Assembly (NCBI GenBank): GCA_040954595.2 | Contig: CM082584.2 | Location: 7,707,919 to 7,771,918, forward strand | Source of the DNA: Balanoglossus misakiensis | Lineage: Eukaryota > Animalia > Hemichordata | Direction of reading: 5' to 3' | Length of the DNA stretch: 64,000 bases | Shown here: positions 13,122-24,755 of the stretch, one piece after another | Layout of the letters: each line of letters starts with the position of its first letter | How positions within the stretch are numbered: position 1 is the first letter of the stretch | The notes under the pieces: model-generated | Seen by the model: the letters and a program-made list of their open reading frames with translations, nothing else | Told to the model about the DNA's origin: nothing | The model's database searches: none | Program-made: the position numbers and the translations under genes

Positions 13122-16100
13122 AGTGTGTGGTCGGTATACAATATTCTGATATGCCCGGTTTACGATATGGCGCAACTGTCGCCAGCGCGGATCATACGAG
13201 GCGAGGAAATTCCGTAACAACTACGTCGCCTTTGTGTTCTTTCTTTTCAATTATACAGCCAGAACATGTGCTGAATTATTCAAATCGCCTGTCAGGTATA
13301 CACACGGAATCCCTCGCACGGAGACTGAGCCGGCGATGAAAATTTCACGTCAGGCGACTCGCGTTGACTGTTGTAAGTGCGGTTCCCTTGGTGGCGGGAA
13401 GCGAATCGACGCCAATCATGAGACCGCTTGTAATTCCAGGAAACGCTGTGTTGTGTCGGCGGTAGCCTAGAGGATTTTGAAAATTGGAAAACGAGAACGC
13501 ATTGAAAGTGCTATTGGAGTAGGAACCGCGATCACTGGCCTCGTCCCAGTCATTTAAAAGATGACACCGACTGACGTGGCGTTCATCCTTCGCGGTTGAT
13601 CAACATCCCCAGTTTTTAGGTTTTTTTCTGCTATGGCCACATACGGGTAATTGGTTCTCAGTCAAGATCGAAGAAAACTGCCGAAATATCCGTCGACGAC
13701 AAAAAAGATGACGAACAATCCCGCGCGTCTCGTTTCTCCCCTGGACGGCGCGCCCTATATACTTGAGAGACTATCGCAAGGGTGTCCGTCCTGAGCGTGT
13801 CTCAACTTCACTGCACACTCGACTCGATAAGAAAGTATGAAATATCGTGCAATTATCGGCAAATAAAAGCCCCGGCGCTTAAGTGACTTGTATGGGCAAT
13901 GCTGGCTAGTTCACATCATGTATAAATGCGTGTCCGTTATCCTTCACAAGGGCGTGTTATCTCCGTCGGCGTGAAAGCCTCCCCAGTGTGCGTATTGTAT
14001 CGATCAGGCGATGTCTCAATGCTTCTTGTGAAAGAACCGTGTCTTTCAAGGGGGAAACATTAATCCTCCACTTCTGCTGGCGACGACTCGGTATTAGAGC
14101 TTGCCCAAACACTGAGCCGCATAGTTGAGCACAGTGCAACGCATGTCGATTAACGGCAGTTAATTTTGAAAACGCCTCTCAGGCCTTCGCGTCTGTCGGT
14201 TCGTGTTGAAGGCGAGCCGTTGCCGACGACAGATCGGTTCCGTCCGTTCCTCAACCGCAGAATTTTCAGCACAGTGTCGACAGTCTCACGACAGGGAACG
14301 TCGGTACGTGATTTTTGAAAAGAAATAATACGAGATGCGAGCGAAGCATAACTGTCAATGGGGCGAAGGTGGACTGCGTTTGCGCACTGACAGCTACGGC
14401 CGCCGTAACAGTTCCGTCAGATATGCAAAACATGGTTTTGAAACGAGGCAAATTAAAACACTAGACCTATCTGAGTTAACCGTTGCGAGCGGTCATATAA
14501 TCATGATAGTGGCTATGCTGCTGCTGCTGCAAGTGGCCACGCACCGAACAGAACACTATTACAGTGCGTAGATTGGCGAAAAGGGACATTTCAAAACGCT
14601 TTTGAGTGCCGACCTTCAAATATTTTGTAATTTACCTCGAAATATGAGAAAACACTCAGCATCACAATGACCGCTTCGCAGAAAACCTGCATGGTTAAAA
14701 AGACTTTAAATATTACAATGAACGATACTCGTAACTATGTAGGCGAAGGCAAAACCCGAACATCCTTTGAAATAAAATGAACCCTAAGAACCATCAAATC
14801 AGATGTTTCATCAGAAATCTGATTTGGACATGATGCGCGCGTCCAGACGCTCGACGTTCAATTTAATCATATTCGCTATGGTTGGTTAAATTGCTCAAAA
14901 TAACAAGCATGCGAGTATTTATTCAGCCTGAAATTTGACTTAATACCACTTTGTTCCCGGACCCCCTTCGTTACTGATTTACGGCCGGTTTCTACTAAAT
15001 CAGCCAGGCGGACGAGATAACACGGGACAGTATTTGCATAAATTTACATACATATTCATGACTGCCTTGTGTGTGCGCTCGGTAGGTGCGCGCGGGCAGC
15101 GGCACTCTCTCCTTTGAGACAAATAGCGCGCAACTGAAAACGACAGACGGAATTAATATTTCAAAAAGCAACGATGAAAGATTGATGGGAAATTTATGTC
15201 AGCGTTTTTAGGTCTCTTATTCTGTATGAGAAACTAAACAAAGTTGATTTATCAGAAGAGATTATGGTAAAATTTCGGGAGTTTAATATCGCATTTGTTT
15301 CCGTTGCCACTAGCGCAATAAAGCCATTATTTTGTCGTAATTTAGTCATGAATCACTCCAATCAAGGGTGAACCTCGCCTGGCTTATTTCCATTTGTCAG
15401 ATCGCTCAAGCTGCGATAACGGCTGTTCCGATTAGCGGTCTCACCCCGGCGCCTGTGCCTCCTGGGCAATGAATAAATGAATAAAAAAAACCGCGTAAAC
15501 CTGACCTCCGCATTATTTTTAGTTTGCTCGAAACCTATACGTACAGGAAACAGGCAAATATATATGAAATGTCAACTTCTTTCTTGGGCGAGGAACAAAA
15601 GCTCATTCACGAGCTCATTTAAGAGAAGCACAGTTTTCTCCGTGTGAAGGACTTGACAAATGGAACAGCAGATCACATTCATTCGTCATCTTTGCATTGA
15701 GTTTACGGTACAGTAGATAATAAGTAGAGCCTCGGAAAAGTCATTTTCGATTTTTTTTCCGCGTAATAATTTAAGGACTAAGAGCTCACTTTACCGTCTT
15801 CTTCAAGCCATTAGCTTAGCCATGTATGCTCGACATCCTGACGAATGTTTTATGACTTTTGATGTTTGTGGGAGGAGTTAAGTTTACTTTAATTTTCATT
15901 TCGTATTTCATTTACATGTATACGTAACTACACATAATGTAAGTCGGTTCGATAAGAATTAGCATGCTATACAAGTTGACTAAGCTTCTGCCACGTTTGC
16001 TCAATTAACTTTTGTTGTTTGAAGATGCAGTTGGTGATAAAACAATATAATATATTATACCCTCTGCTCGTGTAACCAACCTTGACCCCCGATGCACCCG

Positions 16101-16142
16101 CCCACGTACCCATGCACAGCGAACGCACCGACGAGCTCATAC

Positions 16143-16186
16143 CTGTCATCGTCCTTTGGTTGGGTCTGTCTGATATTACTGGCCAT
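16143..16186 (-). CDS. Candidate alternative first coding exon (MASNIRQTQPKDDD+AG)
   Basis: ACGATGG Kozak context, 44 nt, phase-2 donor AG|GTATGA. Confidence 0.5.
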
Positions 16187-18070
16187 CGTAGTGGGGGAAA
16201 CTTCAGTTTTCAGTTTCACAAACTTGAGAAACTGGGGTCGGAATGAATTTCCTCACTGTCAGGAGTTTTCATGCACCACAGAGTTGAGGGGAATTGCATG
16301 CAGGCAATGTCGAGGACTCGCCTCAATACGGGTAGGGTACATTACGCGTATTCACCCCAGCATGCCCTAGAAACTTAGTTTTTTTTTCAAGAAGTCTCCT
16401 CGTATAACAGCCTATCAGCCCGGGGCTCACAAAGTCCCAAGAATACTGCATCACACCAGTGTTACATCGTCTAACAAATTCTATTCCGACTCGACATGGG
16501 ACTCAATTTACCTCCGTTTCGCGGAAGGCAAGTTTCAAAAGAGAGAGTTTAGCCGAGACATTTTCATGGTTAATTGGGAATGAATGCAGTGTAGCGTATA
16601 GCGTGCCCGCTCTCAGACACTACAGCCGCAAACACTGGGCCACGTGGTTTTGAAGTAATTATATTGTGAGATCTCCAGACGAAGCGACTGCACAGAGCAC
16701 CGCAGTCTCGTGAACTCACAACCCGAGAAACCTCAACGGCCCTGACGGTACAGACGTTGTCTTGTAGCAAAAGACAAAGCATTAATGACGTCACTCCACC
16801 ATGAGACAATAAACAATATGGCCGCCGTCATTCATTTGATGCCGAAAGCAATTATTTAAATTAAAGAATCGTCAATTATTGTCATAATTTTGGGGCGATT
16901 TACAAAACTAAATATGTAATCTGTCAAAATTTCATTGATGTCTTGCCTACGAGTATATTTATTAATTTTTTTGACAGAAGAATGGCAATCAATCATATGA
17001 TCTGCGGACGCGATTCATTTGGTCGGTACCAATTGATTGAAATCTGAAAGTAAATCGTTCTGCGGGCGTCAACCGCCTTTCAAAATGCTGGAATAAACTT
17101 ATAATCTCGGCAGACGTCTGCCGCTGTAAAACGTAAGATGTCAGTTTTCCTAGAACACTATCACACGACAGCTCTTGCGTTGGCTAGTGCCACTTGGACA
17201 TTTTCGATACATAAACATTTAATTTTTCGATCAGATGTAATGTAGCAGATTCGACCCGCGGGGCGGTTTGATCCGTGTGAAGTTAATACTGCCAACGCCC
17301 GGAGACGGCCCTTTGTCAGAATGAAATCGATGTCCAATTATAGTTTCGGCGTCTCTCCAATTCTAACATTGGAGAAACCGAACCCGGCCAAGAAAAAAAT
17401 TGCCTCGTGTCTCTCCCGCTCCTCATGATATAGTGATATCAGCCCATACTGGCAACACCCAAAGTCGGAATCTCACATATAGGCTTGCACAGCACCAGCC
17501 CGATGCCCTACTCAAGTGGCTGACGTAAATTTGACTAAATTCAATTGGACATTCCGACTCCTAAAATTCAAATAAACCAGGGACAGGTTAATAAAGGTCG
17601 ATAGGTCACCCGGGAATGGAACGTTAATGACGTAAGGGGTGTCTATTTACATAAAACTCACAAGAGGGATAACCTTGCGCTGAATCGTTATTACATTGCA
17701 TCGCCATGACAACTAATGTCGTTACATTACCAGGGCGCCTAATGCAAATATTGACTCTTTAATTTGCATAATTAGAGAGTTTGGTGTCTTTATTTGATAA
17801 CGGATGTAGCTGTGCTTACCTGTGAACCGTGACTTCTAGTGAGCGCCGGCGCGCGGATGTCTGACAAGTTGAAAACGTAGTCACGCGACAAAGCAATCGA
17901 CTTATATCCCGAAGTCATTCCGAGAAAAAAATTGTCCTTAAAGTTTTTCCCGTTTTGTTAGCTGTACATACGGCGCCCGTTGTCTTCATTGCCTATATGT
18001 CTTTTTATGTCTGTTCCATTGCCCGTGCTTCACGCGCGTATACGTACATGTGTACGTATTTTATTTACGC

Positions 18071-18071
<1 letters not shown>

Positions 18072-18101
<30 letters not shown>

Positions 18102-18452
18102 TGTATGTATGTATGTATGTATGTATGTATGTATGTATGTATGTATGCATGCATGCATGCATGCATGTATGTATGTATGTATGTATGTATGTATGTATGT
18201 ATGTATGTATGTATGTATGTATGTATGTATGTATGTATGTATGTATGTATGTATGTATGTATGTATGTATGTATGTATGTATGTATGTATGTATGTATGT
18301 ATGTATGTATGTATGTATGTATGTATGTATGTATGTATGTATGTATGTATGTATGTATGTATGTATGTATGTATGTATGTATGTATGTATGTATGTATGT
18401 ATGTATGTATGTAGGTGTGTAGGTGTGTAGGTGTGTAGGTGTGTAGGTGTGT
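18072..18452. repeat. (TATG)n microsatellite with a (CATG)n interruption and a GTAGGTGT tail
   Basis: Directly visible. Confidence 0.97.
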
Positions 18453-19013
18453 ATGCATATGCATGGATTGCGATTATTCAAGTGCAGTCGCTAGCAGATA
18501 ACCAGGTCAAGCTCGGTGGGATTGACGGCCACTGGTTTGATACGCGCCCTCTATGTCACATCTTTTACCATTAGGCCTAATTTACACCAGAGCCACTCCA
18601 AAATCAATAAATTAAATCTAAAATTTGGTCGATCTCTTTCGAATCTAAAGTGTTTATTATTTGTTGACGTCATACTCTCTGTCGAGACAATTACACAACG
18701 TATAATTTTTTTATAATCAAATTACATCGCAGAAATCTGCATATTCATTCGATTTGGCAGGATTTCAAAGAGGCCTTCCTTTCCGTAAGTATTTTTAACG
18801 AGCATACAACGAAGACCTGGATGTATGGGTGTATTAAATGCAGCTATCGACCGTTCCCCTTTTAGCAGACTGTATTAGCTTTAGAAATCGTCGATGAGCG
18901 ATGGGGGAGGGGAGGGAGGGAGGGAGGTGGGGGGTACAATGTAGGGGGGGATGGATGGTTAGGTTCATGGCGGCACTTGTAGATACGTGAAACTCGGTGT
19001 AAAGTACACTTAC

Positions 19014-19066
19014 CTCGTGTTTGCTTCTAGCTCCGATTCTGTCCGAGGCTGACCAGTCAATGACAT
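19014..19066 (-). CDS. Candidate alternative first coding exon (MSLTGQPRTESELEANT+AG)
   Basis: 53 nt, consensus donor AG|GTAAGT in phase 2; GC box at about 19208; Kozak context weak. Confidence 0.4.
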
Positions 19067-19299
19067 GTACACGTGCACACACCCCTTCTTGCTCGGTTGT
19101 CACAGGAATCGCGAAAGTGGAGTCGTTTCTGGGTTATTGGTTCACTGCAATTGAGGTCAGAGGGAAATCATCATTAAGACTCCACGTCAAAGTCAAATTG
19201 GTAAAATCCCCGCCCGATTATACAAGGATGAACTTGAGAAAACACGTCCCATTATCAGTGATACGCAAGCCAATGATTTATATTTAGCAAACAAGATCA

Positions 19300-19890
19300 C
19301 GACGACTTGAAGGAGCCCACAGGAGCAAGCAACAGGATGTTCAGGATTATAAACGATATTGCGTGCTTTTCTTTCACGTGTCTTGTGGTACATGTTTGCT
19401 AGAGAGTTTTGGCGGCAGCCAATAACTTTCTCCGCCATATTCACAATACGAGAGAGCGTGCACCTGTGTTTTACGGTTAAATTACCATACCACAAAATAA
19501 TATTGAAGGTCAAAATGCTTAAGACGAGAGAACGATACACTGCATGCAGCTGAAAAACATATGTTGGCTAACGTGAAATGATTTAAGTTTCCGAAGAAGA
19601 TATAATCTCTGTTGAGCTTTGTGCGCAATGTGGTCTATATTTTCAGAAAAGGTGAGTTTATTCATCGATAATATATCCCAAATACTTCAAACATGAAACA
19701 ACTACTACAGATGTGTTGTTAATTGTGACAGGTGTGTAATTAGAACAGGCGTTACGCCAACTACAAGTTCTTTTGTTTTGCTCATATTCATATGCAAAAA
19801 TCTGTCACTACACCAACTGTTCAAAACACCAAAATTGAGTACGATTCCACCTGGTAAGTGACCATTCACAAAAACTCGTTGCAGCGTACG
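19300..19890 (-). mobile_element. Degenerate non-LTR retrotransposon fragment (Rex1/Babar or L2/CR1-group, C-terminal part of RT ORF2)
   Basis: Frameshifted peptides SWCSDRFLHMNMSKTKELVV, LKYLG, AQQRLYLLRKL and YRSLVLSILTFNIILWYGN...RIVNMAEKVIG...HP are typical of this group. Confidence 0.85.
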
Positions 19891-20700
19891 CGTATGAGAA
19901 AGTCGTCGATCCAAAGAATTGTGCTTACATTGACATGCGTGTCGTACTGCGGCCGCGTGATATTTGTCTGTTTCCCATAGGAATACAAAAATGAAAATTG
20001 CTAGAAAACACACTTTTATATTATTGTCATTTTTCGCGAGGTTTTCTAAACATAGCTCAGCCGAGTAAAATTAAATTCCGAATGAAATCGCAAGCTCAAT
20101 TGTGAGAGAAACTTCATTGAACGTGTTCACCCATAGACAAACCATCGGTTGGTGAAAAATGCTGACTCAGCAGGTTTTCGAATTCCCTTCTCCATTAACG
20201 CCTAAATTCACAGGCCCTAAAGTTCAAAAACAAGCGCGGTGCCCCCATATTTTTAACGGATTTATTATGTTCACATAGGAGAATCCGAAAAATCCACAAT
20301 TCAAAGAAATTGCAACACTAGCCTACATTCCTTAACCAAGATAGAAAGCCGTTGAATTGGGGATATTCAGACATCATTGCGATTTCACAGGATGTACAAA
20401 GCCACGAGAGCGCCGGGAAAGCACACGAAGCGCCAGTTATCAGATTTCTCTCGTTAGCGAGGACAACCAAGGTGTCACAGACCCGGGCGCTCTCGTGCGT
20501 TTCCTGGGAAATGGCTCCGTAGAATTACCGAGAGATTACACAGTGGAGCAATTTCCGTCCTAGTTTTGAGTTACCTCGCACGGGAAGCGCCAGCCAGCCT
20601 AACAAGTAAATGAATGATAATGTGGCTCTCGTGTATTTATATCTGTACAAAGCGGATAGCGTTACTAGCGTTATGTTCAGTCAAGAAATAGAAGTCTCAC

Positions 20701-20831
20701 CGTTGCCTTTGTGTTTCTGCTGCTGCGTCAGGGTCGGCAAAAATTGTCGGTCGCTCACTGCTGGTGTTCGGCGCAAGCTCCGCGGTGGTGTACAGCTTCT
20801 GTACAGACTTGTCTGGGATCCCACACGCCAT
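20701..20831 (-). CDS. Candidate alternative first coding exon (MACGIPDKSVQKLYTTAELAPNTSSERPTIFADPDAAAETQRQ+CG)
   Basis: 131 nt open, phase-2 donor CG|GTGAGA; E-box TCACGTGA (about 21030) and GC box (about 21137) upstream. Confidence 0.5.
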
Positions 20832-22482
20832 GCACTCCAGATCTAGACTGCTTTCCTTCCAATTGAAAATATTCCATTCACATCAGCAGTTTAGGTGACT
20901 AATCGAAGCCAGTCACCTATTGAAGCTCTGGTATCTGTGCCAACCAATTCTGAACAAAATATACAAGAGGCGTACATTTGGGGCCGCGGTCCGGGTTGGT
21001 CATTATTGGAGCCTACGTCGCTCTGACGATCACGTGACGATCACCCGACGTGGAAAGTGGATCGATCTCTGATTGCACAATTCTACTTTGGGAGAAATGA
21101 AAATAGCCCCAGAGGGAATATTTCTAATAAAATTATAGGGGCGGGGGTCATTTATGACCGTTAGTAAGATTCAGCCTCGGTACGCATCGCTGAGATTCTG
21201 TGCATTGCTTGAGTGAGTCAATGTATTAGTAATTTTCTAACCTTCAGGAAATGGTCGAGGATTTCTTTGGAATTTCCAGAAAATACATATCCACTTCAGT
21301 TTTTAATCATAAGTACCGAAACTACCGATATCCTGCTGGTTTCACAAGCCATGAGTCTGACAAACACGGAAATGATTATCCATGAAAATTTGAAAATTGG
21401 CAATCGCCTTGGGAGTTTTTTCGTTGGTTTTCTGTAAATACCAAAAAAGCATATATGAATTTAAAAGAAGCTGATCGTATCATATGATAAAAAGCTTCGT
21501 TTTGCGACGATACTGATTATACTAGACTAGTATTATGTTTGTTTGTTCTGTTTCATTGCCAATTAAATCACAGGCATGGCAAATAGCCAAATTGAATGAA
21601 TATCGCGCAGTCGTTAAACTAGACTTGAATTTTGTGAGTTCATTCGGGAAACGAGCGAGGATCTCGCTTATGCAGTCGGAATTTACAGGTTAACAAAAGT
21701 GATAAACAAAAGCGATCAACAACAGACCGTACAACTGGAAAGTACTCATGAACCAGGCCAGACGGACCTTCAACATTTTGCGATGGAAAGGGCGCTGCAG
21801 AAGCCATATAAATATTAAATGTTAAATGAAAATGATAATCGAAGTTTGCGTATAATGGAAATTGTATTAAATGACTATACGTAGGGGGTTATTGTGGTTA
21901 TATCAATGCCCTCATACGTCATTTGAATCTCATATCAGAAAATAATATTATATATCACTATAGGATATTTATCTTTGCATTCAGTGTCTGGCAAACAAAT
22001 TGGAGTTCCAGGCATTCACCATCAATTTTGTAAAGACCATGTCGACATCTTTTGCGTCGTACTGTTTTCTGTTAATCGACCACCCACGTCGTGATAAATG
22101 ACGTTATCAATCATGAACAGAACTCAGCGCGTTTATGTAATTTCTGATCTGAATATCGATTTATTCCGACCGGCGGAGCATGGGTGATAAATATCGGTAT
22201 TCTCTGGAATTACCGGTTCACGACGCAGGGGAAACGTTTTCAAGTTGTCTTTGAAAGGCTTCATATTGAGATTTTTTTTTCATCAAACAATGTTATCGGG
22301 ATTCATACTGATATATTTACAATGTCTCCGTTTCGTTTGCAAAACGGAGATCTGCGTGCGCGGAGTTCGGTCGCAAAATCATACGCGATTGAGGCAACTG
22401 ACGCGCGGCGCGTTCGGATCAAATAACAGGCATACATTGAACCATGTGGAAATACAGAAGCCTATAGGAAGACACACACATG

Positions 22483-22486
<4 letters not shown>

Positions 22487-22525
<39 letters not shown>
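22487..22525. repeat. (GA)n microsatellite
   Basis: Directly visible. Confidence 0.95.
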
Positions 22526-22533
<8 letters not shown>

Positions 22534-23077
22534 ATATACCACCGTTGCTGATATAGGCCCAGTTGATGTGTATAATACATACATGCATGTTTGATTTTTT
22601 GTTTGTTATTCAGTGACAATTTTAATTGGCCGAGAACTGCCAACGCGAATCAATACACGTTTCCATTCATGTGAGAGAGCGTGTAGTAGGTTCCACCGCA
22701 TTTGTCATAATGACATTGAATCAATACATAGAATGGACGACGAATGACGTCACTGGGCGAGGTGAGGAGCATCCGTCCATTTCATCTCGAGTTCTAATTG
22801 ATAGCTTGTCATCAAAATGGAAGAAAAGTGGAAAATCAAAAATGGATGACATGTCAAGGTCACAGGGAACATCACGTGACATTTCTGCATACAGCTTTTG
22901 AGAACAACCAATTCATCCATGATTAAACAAAAAACGGCGAGGAGATTGACGGATGTGACGAAGCAGCGTGAAAAGAGTTGGCCCTTTTCCGGCATGGCGT
23001 ATACTGCCCTGAGCAATTCATATGTGTGTACTACATGTATTGGTGGCAGGTTTTAGAAAAACAATCTAGATATAGCT

Positions 23078-23170
23078 ACCAACCATCTAACCAACCAACC
23101 AACAAACCAACCGACCGATCGACCAACCAACCAACCAACCAACCAACCAATCAAACCAACAAACCAACCG
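23078..23170. repeat. Imperfect (ACCA)n microsatellite
   Basis: Directly visible. Confidence 0.9.
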
Positions 23171-24241
23171 CTTGCCCTAACCCTCTCCCCACCTTCCAAC
23201 CAACCAATGGGCGTACATATCGACAGACTACAAACACGCCAGCTGTTACATTTCAACCAATCGACAATCAGAACACAAACGAAAGAAAACGCATATCTAG
23301 AACAGAGAGACACCAATGATCTCTGTGAGACAATTAACATACCAGATATTTGCCTTACACTTGACGGTGAATAAATTACTGAGTTATCGACCGAAATTGG
23401 GGGTGATATTGAATTTGTAATTCAACGCAGGAAACAAATCGACAGCTGCATCCGCAACAAAAAATGGAAAGTGGGTGTATTTCCAGCGTTGCTCATTTTA
23501 TTACGAATAAAGTCAATTGAAGGCGTGCTGCTCGTTATGCTTTCGCGTAGTGTACCTTCAGTGTTCGGCCGCGGAAGCGTTTCTTTATGATGTCAAACCG
23601 GATGTAGCGTTCCGCGAAAATAAGTCACATCAACAAAAGTCGAAGAACTCGTTTTATTCGCGTAGTCACCGGTAACAACCGGTCAAATTGATTAATTTCC
23701 GCAAACGGTTCAGAAACCGCGTACGCGCCCATTACTCAGAACCAGCGGAGTTTCTGTTTTCAAATTTGCGCGAATGTGTCCACTTTTCGCGACACGCGTC
23801 TCCGCAGATTTCTGTCCTCACGATTTCTGTAAGGCCGTAGTTTTAGCTGTGTCCACCACAATGCGTGACACTATCAGTAATGGTGTACTTTGTAAAGTAC
23901 ATGGTAGATGGGGTAATGTACTGTATACCTTGTCGACCAATTTTAGCTTTGACAAAATTAGAGCTCCGTGGTAATGGAAAACTACGAATTCGAATCCTTG
24001 CTCTATAAACCGGCCGTGAAAGTAAGACAAGGCATCGCTGAAAGTCACCTTTTAAAGATTTATTGCCGCAATAAAGTAACGCCGCTGTAGTTTTATCGGA
24101 ATCTGCTGATGACGTCATGGGGGTAGAGTGCGGATAACTTAGGATTTGTTCGACTTCCACGGTGAAAACTGACGCGTGGAAATCTGATCGTCGCTCAACG
24201 CTTCTGGGCGTTCGCGAGGCGAATGTGGTTATGCATGTTAC

Positions 24242-24288
24242 CTGTACCACTTCCCGAATCTGGATTTCTGAGAACTTTTCACTACCAT
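24242..24288 (-). CDS. Candidate alternative first coding exon of an unidentified gene (MVVKSSQKSRFGKWY+AG)
   Basis: GCGATGG Kozak context, 47 nt, phase-2 donor AG|GTAACA, CGGAA ETS-like words upstream at about 24353-24364. Confidence 0.4.
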
Positions 24289-24697
24289 CGCTCGCGGCTT
24301 ATTCGGAAAGTTCCCGTATTTGAACTTAAGTAATAATAAAAGACACTTGAAAGCGGAAGCGGAATACGTGTTTTACTTTTAAAAACCCTTCTTTTTTATT
24401 GCAGCAGTAAAATTTAACTTCGAGAGATTATTGGAAACGATGGCCTTTGTGGACATGTTTACATTTTTAGAGAAAGAGAGGATTTTATTGGTCGGTCACG
24501 TTTTTTTCCAAAGGTGTTTCCCATAGTAAGGATCTGTGTGATACAAAATACTAAATTATTATCATGTTTTGTTAGCAAAAATCGGCTTACGTCAACCATT
24601 TCCATTGAAAGTTGTTTAATCAAGTACCACACAATATGTCAACCTCGTCCACCAATGTTGCAATAGTGTGTGTGTACGTATGAGTCCCTTCCGCTAT

Positions 24698-24698
24698 A

Positions 24699-24755
<57 letters not shown>
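24698..24755. repeat. (TGTC)n microsatellite
   Basis: Directly visible. Confidence 0.95.

Noticed and set aside
17820-17918. ATG-to-GTAAGC segment; similar ones at 11213-11272, 14636-14662 and 15445-15513
   Set aside because: They are phase 0 with mostly weaker contexts, so I treat them as the chance background for the first-exon finding.
17955-18481. MYVC/HTYI repeat ORFs
   Set aside because: Artefacts of the (TATG)n microsatellite.
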